Source: Candidatus Yanofskybacteria bacterium
GTDB taxonomy: Bacteria > Patescibacteriota > Minisyncoccia > 2-02-FULL-40-12 > IGHO2-12-FULL-4
Direction of reading: 5' to 3'
Assembly (NCBI GenBank): GCA_016185525.1
Contig: JACPNK010000007.1
Coordinates: 23,008 to 87,007 of the forward strand
Length of the DNA stretch: 64,000 bases
This document shows, piece by piece, positions 1 to 9,790 of this stretch. A program made the translations under genes and the position numbers. The number at the start of each line of letters is the position of its first letter. The stretch's first letter is position 1. The notes beneath the pieces are model-generated. The model had not been told where the DNA came from and searched no databases. It saw only the letters and a program-made list of their open reading frames with translations.

Positions 1-180
1 GACAGCATCAAGGCCCAGTTAAGGATAGCCAACAGGCTAAGGGTTAAATTTGCGGTAATCATCGGACACAAGGAAGCTTTAGACAAAACCGCAATTTTAA
101 GGGAGATGGACAGCGGTATTCAAGAGATTATTCCGATGGACAGTATCATTGAGTCGGTGAAGAAGAGACTTAAAGGCTAA
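1..180 (+). CDS. hisS: Histidyl-tRNA synthetase, C-terminal anticodon-binding fragment (5' truncated by window edge)
   Basis: Frame 1 reads ...ANRLRVKFAVIIGHKEALDKTAILREMDSG... up to a TAA at 178-180. This matches the class II aaRS anticodon-binding domain of HisRS. Confidence 0.55.
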   Translation, partial: DSIKAQLRIANRLRVKFAVIIGHKEALDKTAILREMDSGIQEIIPMDSIIESVKKRLKG

Positions 181-255
181 AGACTAAAGTCTAACGACTA
201 AAGCCGGAAAATTCATGCTTTAGACTTTGGTCCTTAGTCTTTAGACAAAATATGC

Positions 256-597
256 ATGGATATTTTCTGTAAAATTATTAACAGAGAGTTGTCGGCCGAA
301 GTAGTTATTGAGGATAAAGATTTTATTGTGATTAAAGATATTCATCCGGCGGCTCCGGTGCATGTCTTGATTATTCCCAAGAAACACTTAGACATAATAC
401 ACGAGATCAGCCACGAAGAGTTGGATATTTTGGGAAAAATGTTTGTTGTTGCCGGCCAAGCCGCCAAAAAGCTTGGGGTTGAAAAGACCGGCTATCGTTT
501 AATATTGAATCAGGGTCCCAATGCCGGCCAGTTGGTGCCGCATTTGCATTTGCACTTGTTGGCCGGTAAACCATTGGGGTCCAAGATTGCCAGTTAA
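256..597 (+). CDS. HIT (histidine triad) family hydrolase
   Basis: 113 aa with the C-terminal HLHLHLL histidine triad motif (HxHxHxx). Confidence 0.85.
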   Translation: MDIFCKIINRELSAEVVIEDKDFIVIKDIHPAAPVHVLIIPKKHLDIIHEISHEELDILGKMFVVAGQAAKKLGVEKTGYRLILNQGPNAGQLVPHLHLHLLAGKPLGSKIAS

Positions 598-612
598 TAG
601 AAGGAGGTTTTT

Positions 613-876
613 ATGGATGTAAAAAGAAAACCGAATGAGACCATAGGCAGTATGATGAGAAGATTTTCAAAGGTTGTACAACAGAGCCACGTTTTGCCGC
701 AGGTTAAAGAATCCAGATTTTACAAGAAAAAGAAAAGTGAAAGACAAAACAAAAATAGAGCAATTATGCGTGAAGAATTGAAGGCTTTGCGCAAAAGACT
801 GGAACGGCTTGGCAAGTACAGCGAAGAAAGTTTTGAGGAAGAAAAAAGAAAAATTAAGCAGAAGTTAGATCTATAA
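613..876 (+). CDS. rpsU: 30S ribosomal protein S21 with a C-terminal coiled-coil extension
   Basis: The MRRFSK...ESRFYKKKKSERQNKNRA segment matches the S21 signature (RRF...FYEKPSE-RKR). A GGAGG RBS lies upstream. Confidence 0.75.
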   Translation: MDVKRKPNETIGSMMRRFSKVVQQSHVLPQVKESRFYKKKKSERQNKNRAIMREELKALRKRLERLGKYSEESFEEEKRKIKQKLDL

Positions 877-877
877 A

Positions 878-1366
878 GTGTTGCAAGAACGGATTAAAAA
901 AGAACTAACAGAGTCTTTGAAATCAGGCGACCAGCTAAAGCGCTTGGTTTTGGGTACTCTTTTAACCGCCATCAAGAATCGTGAGTTGAGCAAGAGAACT
1001 CGGCTTAGTAAGACTGTTACCGACACCGCAGAGTTGGAAAAACAGAGCCGGCTCAACGACGAAGAGGTTTTAGAAGTCATTGCCGGTGAGGTTAAAAAAA
1101 GAAAAGATTCAATTGAGCAATTTGCCGCTGGCGGCAGGAAAGACCTTGCTGAAAAAGAGGAAGCTGAAGAAAAGATCTTGAAAGCGTATCTGCCGGAGCA
1201 GTTAAGCAACGAGGCGGTTAGGGAGGAAATAAAAAAAGCCATAGAATCATCAGGAGCAAAGGAACCCAAAGAAATGGGCAAGGTTATGGCTTTGGTCATG
1301 CCCAAACTCAAAGGGCGCGCTGATGGCAGTATTATAAGCCGCATAACAAAGGAGTTGCTTGGTTAG
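878..1366 (+). CDS. GatB/YqeY domain protein
   Basis: 162 aa resembling the YqeY family. It sits directly after rpsU, which is typical synteny. It has a GTG start. Confidence 0.7.
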   Translation: MLQERIKKELTESLKSGDQLKRLVLGTLLTAIKNRELSKRTRLSKTVTDTAELEKQSRLNDEEVLEVIAGEVKKRKDSIEQFAAGGRKDLAEKEEAEEKILKAYLPEQLSNEAVREEIKKAIESSGAKEPKEMGKVMALVMPKLKGRADGSIISRITKELLG

Positions 1367-1382
1367 CAAGATTTAAATCATA

Positions 1383-1835
1383 ATGCTGGACTTTAGTTTC
1401 AATAACCTCACGAAAGATAAAAGTTTTTCTAAAAACTTTTTTTATAAAATCGTCGTAAAAACTCTCAAAGAGCTTAACTTAGACAAGAAAAATCTCGGAA
1501 TTTCCCTGAACCTTGTTGGCGCTGACAAAATCAGGCGTCAAAATAAAAAGTATCTCGGAAAAGACAAGCCAACCGATGTTTTGTCTTTTCCGTTGGATAA
1601 AGTTTCCTCTGAAAACAAGAGCCTTGTTTTGCTTGGCGATATTTTTATTTGTCCGCTATTTGCCAAAAGGCGCGCAAAGAGGGAAAATGTTAATATAAAA
1701 CTAAAGATGGCTTGGCTGACAGTTCATGGCACCCTGCATCTGCTGGGTTACGACCACGTAAGATCTTCAAAAGAATCAGATAAAATGTTTTTGCTGGAAA
1801 ATAAAATTCTTAAAATTTTGAACCCTGACCGTTGA
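1383..1835 (+). CDS. ybeY: Endoribonuclease YbeY (rRNA maturation factor)
   Basis: HGTLHLLGYDH metal-binding motif (HxxxHxxxxxH). Confidence 0.85.
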   Translation: MLDFSFNNLTKDKSFSKNFFYKIVVKTLKELNLDKKNLGISLNLVGADKIRRQNKKYLGKDKPTDVLSFPLDKVSSENKSLVLLGDIFICPLFAKRRAKRENVNIKLKMAWLTVHGTLHLLGYDHVRSSKESDKMFLLENKILKILNPDR

Positions 1836-1860
1836 TTTTTAAATTTAAAAAATACTAACT

Positions 1861-3129
1861 ATGTCCAGTTCTCACACCATTGCCGGTATTGATATCGGTA
1901 ACTCTTTGGTGAAAACAGTTGTGGCGGAGTTGGATCGGGAAACCTTAAATCCTAGGATTTTGGGTGTGGGAATCTCCGAGTCACATGGCCTAAGAAAGGG
2001 AGTGATCGTTGATATGGGCGAGGCCATAAGGGACATAGAAGAATCTGTAAGGAAAGCTGAAACAAGTTCGGGTGTCAAAATACGCAGAGCTTATGTTTCT
2101 GTGAATGGCCTTCATATCAAGAATCAGCTGTCCCGAGGCGTTATTGCTGTTTCTAAAGCCGATAACGAGATTGCTCCTCATGACTTGGAAAGAGTCATTG
2201 ATGCCGCCTCAATCGTCAGTTTGCCCGCAAATAGGGAGATTATACACATTCTTCCAAAAAACTACCTGGTTGACGGCCAGGAATACGTAAAGAATCCTTT
2301 GGGCATGAAAGGCGTACGTTTAGAAGCGGAGGTTTTGATTATTGACGGCCTCTCACCATATATTAGAAATATTGCCAAATGCCTAAACGCAAACGATATT
2401 GAGGTGGTTGAGTTTGTCTTTTCTCCTTTAGCCTCCAGTTATTCCGTGCTTGATAAAAACCAGAAAGAGCATGGAGTGCTTAACCTTGATCTTGGCGGCG
2501 GAGTTTCCACTCTCTCATTCTTTCATGAAGGCGAACTGGCTTATGCCGCCACTCTTCCTTTAGGTTCAAGACATATAACCAATGACTTGGCTGTTGCCTT
2601 GCGTACTTCAATGGACATTGCTGAAACGGTTAAGTTGCAGCATGGCTATGCCTGTGCAAGTTTGGTTTCACAGAAAAATTTGGTTGGACACGGCAAGAAA
2701 GATGAGGTTGACCTGTCTGATGTTATTGGAGAAGAAAACTTTGTCATACCAAAAAAAAATATTGCTAAAGTTGTAGATGCCAGAATAGGCGAAGTTTTTG
2801 AGATGGTGCAGTCGGAGATGAAAAAAATTCCTCATTCCGGAATGATTCCTGCCGGTATAGTGATTACTGGCGGCGGCGCCAAATTGCCCGGGCTTAGTTA
2901 TTTTGTTAAGGAGAAACTAAAGCTTCCAGTGAGAATCGGAATAAGATATCCTTTTGAAGGCATGGCCGATCAAGTTGAGGATCCTTCTTTGTCTGTTGCT
3001 GCCGGTTTGGTTTTGTATGGAATGGAAAAAGAATATTCTAAAGCAAGACAGGTTTCGTCTTTAAGTTTGGGAGAATATCTTAATCCTCTAAAAAAGTTTT
3101 TTTCCTGGCTTAAGAACTTCTCTCCCTAA
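1861..3129 (+). CDS. ftsA: Cell division protein FtsA
   Basis: 422 aa actin-like ATPase (IAGIDIGNSLVKTVV...). Immediately upstream of ftsZ. Confidence 0.9.
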   Translation: MSSSHTIAGIDIGNSLVKTVVAELDRETLNPRILGVGISESHGLRKGVIVDMGEAIRDIEESVRKAETSSGVKIRRAYVSVNGLHIKNQLSRGVIAVSKADNEIAPHDLERVIDAASIVSLPANREIIHILPKNYLVDGQEYVKNPLGMKGVRLEAEVLIIDGLSPYIRNIAKCLNANDIEVVEFVFSPLASSYSVLDKNQKEHGVLNLDLGGGVSTLSFFHEGELAYAATLPLGSRHITNDLAVALRTSMDIAETVKLQHGYACASLVSQKNLVGHGKKDEVDLSDVIGEENFVIPKKNIAKVVDARIGEVFEMVQSEMKKIPHSGMIPAGIVITGGGAKLPGLSYFVKEKLKLPVRIGIRYPFEGMADQVEDPSLSVAAGLVLYGMEKEYSKARQVSSLSLGEYLNPLKKFFSWLKNFSP

Positions 3130-3214
3130 GAAAGAACGAAGTTAACAACTTATCCACAGGTTGTTACATCCAAACTTGTGTTGGTTTTTACTTTGTGTTA
3201 AATCAGACTCAATT

Positions 3215-4396
3215 ATGGCTCAACTAAAACCCCCCTTTGAAACATTTGCCAGAATTAAGGTCATAGGCGTAGGCGGAGCTGGTGGCAATGCTTTAATGCG
3301 CATGATTTCTTCCCGTATTCAGGGGGTGGAGTTTGTTGCTGCCAACTCAGATTTTCAAGACCTTCATAAATCAGGAGCTCCGGTCAAACTTCAAATCGGT
3401 AAAAACCTCTCAAGAGGTTTGGGTGCTGGTATGAATCCTGAAATCGGCAAACAAGCCGCCACAGACGCCAAAGAAGAGATTACCGAAGCGCTCAAAGGCG
3501 CTGATATGGTTTTCATCACAGCCGGTATGGGTGGGGGTACTGGTACCGGAGCGAGTCCGGTGATTGCCGAAATTGCCCGAGACTTGGGGGCGCTAACCGT
3601 TGCTATCGTAACCAAACCTTTTTTGTTTGAAGGTGCGCAGCGTTCAAGGATAGCTGAAGGCGGCTGGAATCTTTTGAGGGACAAGGTTGACTCTATTATT
3701 ACCATTCCCAACGACAGACTGTTATCCATTATTGACCGCAAGACCCCTATCTTAGAAGCATTTGCTGTTGTTGATGATGTTTTGCGGCAAGGTGTTCAGG
3801 GTATATCCGACTTGATTACGATTCCGGGTATAATCAACGTTGATTTTGCCGATGTCAAAGCCGTTATGCAAAATTCCGGTTCAGCTCTGATGGGTATTGG
3901 CCGCGCTTCCGGAGAGGACAGAGCAATTTCTGCGGCAAAAATGGCAATCAACTCGCCTTTGCTTGAAGTTGCGATTGATGGCGCGAGAGGGGTTTTGTTC
4001 AACGTTTCCGGCGGTTCAGATTTGAGCATGTCGGAGATCAACGAAGCCGCTAAAATTATTACTGAAAATATAGACCCGAATGCGAAAGTAATTTTTGGCG
4101 CCGTGGAGGACGATAAGCTTAAAAAAGGCGAGATTAAGATTACCGTGATTGCTACTGGTTTTAGCGGTGATGCTATTCAAGGAAGTTCTAAATCTGCGAA
4201 CGTTGGTTTACTGACTCAAGGGCCGACGTTGTTTGACGAAATTTCATCTGGCAAAAAAAACAGTGACCCCACTGGTCATTCATTTGTCAATGGACGCAGT
4301 GGTCAAGAGGCAAAAAGAGAATTTATTGACAGCTCTCTAGAGGATGAAGCAATGTTTGATATCCCGGCTTTTATCAGGAAAAAAATGAAAGAATAG
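3215..4396 (+). CDS. ftsZ: Cell division GTPase FtsZ
   Basis: [11 protein letters not shown] and GGGTGTG tubulin signature. The ORF track starts at 3161, but the ATG at 3215 (MAQLKPP) is the likely start. Confidence 0.92.
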   Translation: MAQLKPPFETFARIKVIGVGGAGGNALMRMISSRIQGVEFVAANSDFQDLHKSGAPVKLQIGKNLSRGLGAGMNPEIGKQAATDAKEEITEALKGADMVFITAGMGGGTGTGASPVIAEIARDLGALTVAIVTKPFLFEGAQRSRIAEGGWNLLRDKVDSIITIPNDRLLSIIDRKTPILEAFAVVDDVLRQGVQGISDLITIPGIINVDFADVKAVMQNSGSALMGIGRASGEDRAISAAKMAINSPLLEVAIDGARGVLFNVSGGSDLSMSEINEAAKIITENIDPNAKVIFGAVEDDKLKKGEIKITVIATGFSGDAIQGSSKSANVGLLTQGPTLFDEISSGKKNSDPTGHSFVNGRSGQEAKREFIDSSLEDEAMFDIPAFIRKKMKE

Positions 4397-4477
4397 TCTG
4401 TAGAGAGACTTCCTTAGAGTTATCAACATTGCACCGTTGCTTTACTGTTGTAAAATTTAATTGACGTTTTATTTTAA

Positions 4478-4505
4478 ACAGATAACGACCCTCGGGGTCG
4501 TTTAC
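4478..4505 (+). terminator. Hairpin aacgaccc-tcg-gggtcgtt after ftsZ with a weak T tail
   Basis: Inverted repeat read directly from the sequence. Confidence 0.4.
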
Positions 4506-4515
4506 TTGTCTCAAT

Positions 4516-7359
4516 ATGTCACAATTTTCTATTTTTGAAGAAGAAAAAGGGTCAGACTTTTTCCCGCTAAGCGAGCCGGAAGAAATGGCCAATGGTTTTA
4601 TTAATGATTCAGAACCCCCCGTTTTGTTAAAAGACAGTGAAGCCAAAACACATCAAGGCGAGGGCCTGGTTTGGCAGAGCCAGTTTTCTGACGGTGATCC
4701 TTTCAACGAAATTATTTGGGACAAAAGAACGGCAAAAATAGTTAAGAGCGGAGGCGAAGTGGTTTTTGAACAAAAAGATGTAGAGGTTCCTAATTTTTGG
4801 TCTCAAACAGCTACGGACGTAGTAGCTTCAAAATACTTCAGAGGCAAAATTGGTTCGCCGGAAAGAGAAAAAAGCGCTAAAGAAATGGTCAAGCGGGTGG
4901 CGGATACCATTGCAACTTGGGGCTGGGAAGATGGCTATTTTGATAGTGAAAAAGACTACTTAAACTTTAAAAATGACCTGCGGTGGATACTCATAAACCA
5001 ATTTGGGGCCTTTAACAGTCCTGTTTGGTTCAACGTCGGGGTTTACGATAAGCCACAAACTTCAGCTTGTTTTATCCTTGCCGTTGAAGACACGATGCAG
5101 TCAATTTTGGACTGGTATAGGGATGAGGGCTGGATTTTTAAATTCGGTTCGGGTTCCGGACTCAATGTTTCCAAACTGCGTTCTTCCAAAGAAGCTCTTT
5201 CAAAAGGTGGTTTTTCCTCCGGCCCGGTTTCCTTTATGAAAGGGGCTGATGGTGTGGCTAACAGTATTCGTTCCGGCGGTACCACCAGGAGAGCGGCGAA
5301 AATGGTCGTTCTCAATGTTGATCACCCGGATATTAAAGATTTTATCTATTGCAAAAAAGTTGTTGAAGAAATGACTAAGGCTTTGGCGAGAAGCGGTATA
5401 AAAGATTCAATTACGGCTGATATTTTTGATCCTTATACTCTTTTGCCTTACCAGAATGCCAACAACTCTGTCAGGGTTACTGACGAGTTTATGAGAGCGG
5501 TGGAACAGGACGAGGACTGGGAGCTAAAGGCTGTATCAACGGGCCAAGTTTTAGAAAAAGTTAAGGCCAGACAAATTATGGATTGGGTTGCAGATGCCGC
5601 TTGGCATTCTGCCGATCCTGGCATGCAGTATGACACAGCTATAAACTATTGGCACACTTGCCCCAACGCCGGCAGGATAAATGCTTCCAATCCTTGTGCC
5701 GAATACATGCATTTGGACAACAGCGCTTGTAACCTAGCCTCAATAAATCTTCTAAAGTTTTTAAGAAAAGACAGTACTTTTGACGTTCAGCTTTACAAAA
5801 AAGTTATAGATACTTTCATACTTGCCCAAGATATTGTAATTGACAATTCCTCTTTTCCTACGGAAAAAATCAGAGAAAACGCTAGAAATTACAGAGAACT
5901 TGGTCTAGGCTATGCCAATCTGGGAGCGTTATTGATGACTTTAGGTATTCCTTACGATTCTGACGAGGGTCGGGCTTGGGGTGGACTTTTGACTTCTATC
6001 TTAACCGGTGAGGGATACAGAATGTCGGCTGAAATTGCCAAGGCCGGCGGACCGTTCAGGGGTTATCAAAAAGACCGTCAGGGTATGCTGGATGTAGTTG
6101 GAAAGCATTGTGAAGCGGCAGAGAATTTGTCTCATATGGCGGAAGCCGGCGGAATTATCGGAGACCAGTCTTTAATTTTTGAGTCTGTTAATGTCTGGCG
6201 CGAAGCTTTGCGGCTTGGCAGAGAATTTGGCTATCGCAATTCGCAGGCTACCGTCTTGGCTCCCACCGGCACGATTTCTTTTTTGATGGATTGCGCCACT
6301 ACCGGCATTGAACCGGAGCTGGCTTTAGTTAAATACAAAAAACTTGTCGGCGGCGGCACGCTAAAACTGGTTAATCCGCAAGTTTCAACGGCTTTAAACA
6401 ATCTTGGTTATCGGGAAGAAGAGGTGGGCAGGATCACGAATTATATTTTAGAAAAAGAAACCATAGAGGGTGCGCCCGATTTGAAAGAAGCCCACCTGCC
6501 GGTCTTTGATTGTTCTTTCCGTCCGGTTAACGGCCAGAGGAGTATTCACCATATGGGCCATTTAAAAATGATGTCAGCGGCCCAGCCTTTTGTTTCCGGC
6601 GCTATTTCTAAGACAGTTAATCTTCCGGCGGAAGCGACAGTTGAAGAAGTTAAGAATTCTTTTATTGAGGCATGGAGGTTAGGTTTGAAGGCTGTGGCTT
6701 TTTACAGGGATGGCAGTAAAACAATTCAACCTCTAAGCACATCGGCAGACGAAAAAAATGATTTGGTGGAAAAGATCAACGGCCACACTCGCTTTAAGAT
6801 GCCCGACGAAAGGCCGGCTATAACCCATAAATTTTCGGTCAACGGGCATGAAGGCTACTTGACTGTCGGGCTATATCCGGGAACTCAAAAAGTGGGGGAA
6901 ACATTCATTAGAATTGCCAAAGAGGGTAGTACGGTCTCGGGGTTGCTTGATGTGATTGCGACTCTGACTTCCATCTCTTTGCAGTCGGGCGTGCCTTTGA
7001 AAGTGCTTGTCAGGAAGTTCAAAGATATGCGATTTGAACCTTCAGGATTTACCAATAATGAAGATGTGCCGATTGCCAAGTCAATTATTGACTATGTCTT
7101 TAGATTTTTAGGAACGAGATTTTTGACTGAAGCCGAAAAAGAAGAAGTTTTTGGTTCCGCTTATCAACCTGCGACTGACAATAGCAACAGTCCAAAAACT
7201 GCTACTGCAACTTTGGTTTCTGCTCATACGCAGGCTGGTTATGCTGTTGCAGAAGCCGATACTGAAGCAACGGTCTGCGAATGCGGCGCCATCATGGTCC
7301 GCGCCGGCTCCTGCTACTCTTGTCCTAATTGTTTCTCAACAACAGGGGTGTGTAATTAA
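4516..7359 (+). CDS. nrdJ: Class II (adenosylcobalamin-dependent) ribonucleotide reductase
   Basis: 947 aa with the NPCAEYMHLDNSACNLASINL active-site region and a C-terminal Cys-rich tail (CECGAIMVRAGSCYSCPNCF). Confidence 0.85.
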   Translation: MSQFSIFEEEKGSDFFPLSEPEEMANGFINDSEPPVLLKDSEAKTHQGEGLVWQSQFSDGDPFNEIIWDKRTAKIVKSGGEVVFEQKDVEVPNFWSQTATDVVASKYFRGKIGSPEREKSAKEMVKRVADTIATWGWEDGYFDSEKDYLNFKNDLRWILINQFGAFNSPVWFNVGVYDKPQTSACFILAVEDTMQSILDWYRDEGWIFKFGSGSGLNVSKLRSSKEALSKGGFSSGPVSFMKGADGVANSIRSGGTTRRAAKMVVLNVDHPDIKDFIYCKKVVEEMTKALARSGIKDSITADIFDPYTLLPYQNANNSVRVTDEFMRAVEQDEDWELKAVSTGQVLEKVKARQIMDWVADAAWHSADPGMQYDTAINYWHTCPNAGRINASNPCAEYMHLDNSACNLASINLLKFLRKDSTFDVQLYKKVIDTFILAQDIVIDNSSFPTEKIRENARNYRELGLGYANLGALLMTLGIPYDSDEGRAWGGLLTSILTGEGYRMSAEIAKAGGPFRGYQKDRQGMLDVVGKHCEAAENLSHMAEAGGIIGDQSLIFESVNVWREALRLGREFGYRNSQATVLAPTGTISFLMDCATTGIEPELALVKYKKLVGGGTLKLVNPQVSTALNNLGYREEEVGRITNYILEKETIEGAPDLKEAHLPVFDCSFRPVNGQRSIHHMGHLKMMSAAQPFVSGAISKTVNLPAEATVEEVKNSFIEAWRLGLKAVAFYRDGSKTIQPLSTSADEKNDLVEKINGHTRFKMPDERPAITHKFSVNGHEGYLTVGLYPGTQKVGETFIRIAKEGSTVSGLLDVIATLTSISLQSGVPLKVLVRKFKDMRFEPSGFTNNEDVPIAKSIIDYVFRFLGTRFLTEAEKEEVFGSAYQPATDNSNSPKTATATLVSAHTQAGYAVAEADTEATVCECGAIMVRAGSCYSCPNCFSTTGVCN

Positions 7360-7617
7360 AACCTTCTCGCTGAAAATCGCGGAGTCTGCGCAGACTTTAG
7401 GACTCTACGCGATTTTCAGCCATAAAGGTTTGCTCAATTTCATCGTTAAAACCTCCGCTTGAGATTCGCCGTACTTTTAGTACGTCTCATCTCAATGCTC
7501 GGTTTTGCCTCGAACTTGAGCAAACGAGAAAGTTTTAAAGAGCAATACATAAGCCTTGAAAACTTTTTAGTTTATGTTAGTATTTTGTGACCGTTATTTT
7601 AAAAGGAAAATGTAAAG

Positions 7618-7821
7618 ATGAAATCTGCACGCAAGACTAAAGTCAGCGGCTCTCCTTTAAGAAGTTGGAAATGTCCCAAGTGCAAGAAATCAGGCAGGCC
7701 AAAATTCGACAAAAATGAGTCAGTTATGAACATTGTGTCATGTGTTTTAGATGCACACGAAAAATTGAGTCCAAAATGTGACCCTGACAACGTCGTTTTC
7801 AACTGGTCCCGGCTTCAGTAA
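7618..7821 (+). CDS. Small zinc-ribbon protein (CPKC...C...C), hypothetical
   Basis: 67 aa ORF followed by a hairpin and T-run terminator at 7823-7850. Confidence 0.35.
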   Translation: MKSARKTKVSGSPLRSWKCPKCKKSGRPKFDKNESVMNIVSCVLDAHEKLSPKCDPDNVVFNWSRLQ

Positions 7822-7875
7822 AAGTTTCCTTTCAGGGAACTTTTTTTATTTTTAGACTTTTGTTAGAGTGCTTTT

Positions 7876-9393
7876 ATGCATAAGTCGCAACTCTTTTTTA
7901 TTCTTCTTTGCTGTTTTGTCGCCGGAGTTGCGGTTGGCTCTTTTTTGGCTTTTCCACAGCATGTTTTATATCTCTTTTTTATTCCGCCTTTAATTTTGGT
8001 CGGCATCTTTTGGCGGAGAAACTGGAAGATGGTTTTTGTTGCTTTTTCAGCGGCCATTTTTTTGTTCGGCATCCTCCGCGTTTTTGACGCCAGAGTCAGC
8101 ACTACTTTTGTAAAAAAATTTGCTGAGACCAACTTTTCTTCAACTTTAAACGGTTATGTTGCCGGTGAGTTTCAAAACAAGGGCGAGTACGGGCAGTTTG
8201 TTTTCAGAGTTAAAGAGCTGAAAGTTCCGGATTTTACTATCCCCGAAGAGCTTAACGAAAATATTTTGGTTATAACCGACTCTTTTCCGCGCTACCGCTA
8301 TGGCGACAAGCTTTCTTTGGAAGGTAAGATATCTTTGCCAAAAAACTACAACGACTTTGACTATATTTCCTATCTGGCAAAAGACCAGATTTATACAATA
8401 TCCTACCGGCCGGAAATTAAGGAAACCGGTTTACGTCTTGGATTTTTTGAAAAAATGAAAATCGGCTTTTTTGGTCGTATTTTTAGTTTTAAAAATAAAT
8501 TTGAAAATGCGATAGGCATGAGCGTTAGAGAACCCCATGCTTCTTTTCTCAACGGCATTCTGCTTGGTTCAAAACAAAATATACCCGAAGATTTAAAAAA
8601 AGATTTTAACACTGCCGGGATTTCCCATATTACAGCTATTTCCGGCTATAACATCACGATTGTCGCTTTACTTGTTTCTTGGTTTTTACTTTTCTTTTTC
8701 CGGAGAAATGTTGCTTTTTGGTTTTCTGTTGGAGCGATTTTTGTTTTTACAATCCTAACCGGCGCCTCGGCTTCGGTTATTCGTTCGGCTTTAATGGGCG
8801 GGCTGGTTTTACTTGCTAATAACTCTGGCCGCTTATATGATTCAAAAAACTCTCTGGCTTTAGTCGCTTTTTTGATGGTTTTGGCAAATCCGATGATTTT
8901 ACGTTACGACGTCGGTTTCCAGCTCTCGTTTATGGCGACGTTGGGCATTTTATACCTTGCTCCTCTGCTCAAAAACTATTTTAAAAAACTGCCTTCCGTA
9001 TTGAATTTTGGCGAGACTTTTTTAATGACAGTTTCGGCGCAGATTATGGTTCTGCCTCTTATTTTGTTTTATTTCCACAATCTCTCGCTGGTTGCTCTGC
9101 CCGCTAACTTATTAATTCTACCTTTGGTGCCCTTGGGGATGCTGGCCGGATTTGTTACGGGAATTGCCGGAATAATTTTGCCTGTTTTGGGATTAGTCGT
9201 CGGGTCAGTAGCTTGGCTGGTTTCTTCTCTCGTAATTTTTTTAGCCAGATTTTTTTCCGGTTTGCCGTTTACTACGCTTAATATTTTCGTTTCTTGGTAT
9301 GCGGTTGCGCTAATTTACGTTTTAATTTTTTGGTTTTTATATTATCTTTTCCGCAAACAAAAAATCCGTCAAAAGACGGATTCAGATTTTTAA
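7876..9393 (+). CDS. comEC: ComEC/Rec2-like competence protein, N-terminal membrane part (DUF4131 plus competence domain)
   Basis: 505 aa polytopic membrane protein with the typical ComEC channel-domain architecture. The matching metallo-beta-lactamase domain is a separate ORF at 12128. Confidence 0.7.
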   Translation: MHKSQLFFILLCCFVAGVAVGSFLAFPQHVLYLFFIPPLILVGIFWRRNWKMVFVAFSAAIFLFGILRVFDARVSTTFVKKFAETNFSSTLNGYVAGEFQNKGEYGQFVFRVKELKVPDFTIPEELNENILVITDSFPRYRYGDKLSLEGKISLPKNYNDFDYISYLAKDQIYTISYRPEIKETGLRLGFFEKMKIGFFGRIFSFKNKFENAIGMSVREPHASFLNGILLGSKQNIPEDLKKDFNTAGISHITAISGYNITIVALLVSWFLLFFFRRNVAFWFSVGAIFVFTILTGASASVIRSALMGGLVLLANNSGRLYDSKNSLALVAFLMVLANPMILRYDVGFQLSFMATLGILYLAPLLKNYFKKLPSVLNFGETFLMTVSAQIMVLPLILFYFHNLSLVALPANLLILPLVPLGMLAGFVTGIAGIILPVLGLVVGSVAWLVSSLVIFLARFFSGLPFTTLNIFVSWYAVALIYVLIFWFLYYLFRKQKIRQKTDSDF

Positions 9394-9432
9394 TCTAGTA
9401 CAAGGGATGTCCTTATACCATGTCCTTACATA

Positions 9433-9702
9433 TCATACTCCATGTTTGTGAGAGTGGGTCGTCCACTTAAGAAACTCGGCAATATTTCCAAGACATGTCT
9501 CTTCGAAAACACATTCGGGTGCAGGAAAAAATGAATACTTTCGCCACCTACCGAACCATCGGACTTGTCCTAGAAATCCGCCTGCTTTAGCAGTGACCTC
9601 CCAGATGTTAGTCTTACCGCTTTTTGGTTGGTCTTCAGAAAGCGAAAATCTGATATATTTACCTTCCCAATCTGATGGGTCGCTTCCAATGGCTGTTAGC
9701 AT
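9433..9702 (-). CDS. Hypothetical protein
   Basis: 89 aa ORF with a GGAGA RBS 5 nt upstream of the ATG on the minus strand. Confidence 0.4.
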   Translation of the reverse strand: MLTAIGSDPSDWEGKYIRFSLSEDQPKSGKTNIWEVTAKAGGFLGQVRWFGRWRKYSFFPAPECVFEETCLGNIAEFLKWTTHSHKHGV

Positions 9703-9790
9703 TGTTTATCTCCGCACGTTACTTGCTGAACAGTTGAAATATAATAACATATTTTAAAATTATTGCAAGCAAATGTGATTCCCATCAAGG

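Noticed and set aside
871-1344. 157-aa minus-strand ORF
   Set aside because: It is antisense to the YqeY-domain gene and has no RBS or motif.
4397-4515. Cobalamin riboswitch upstream of nrdJ
   Set aside because: The spacer is only about 120 nt, with a terminator hairpin and no B12-box. It is too short for a cobalamin riboswitch.
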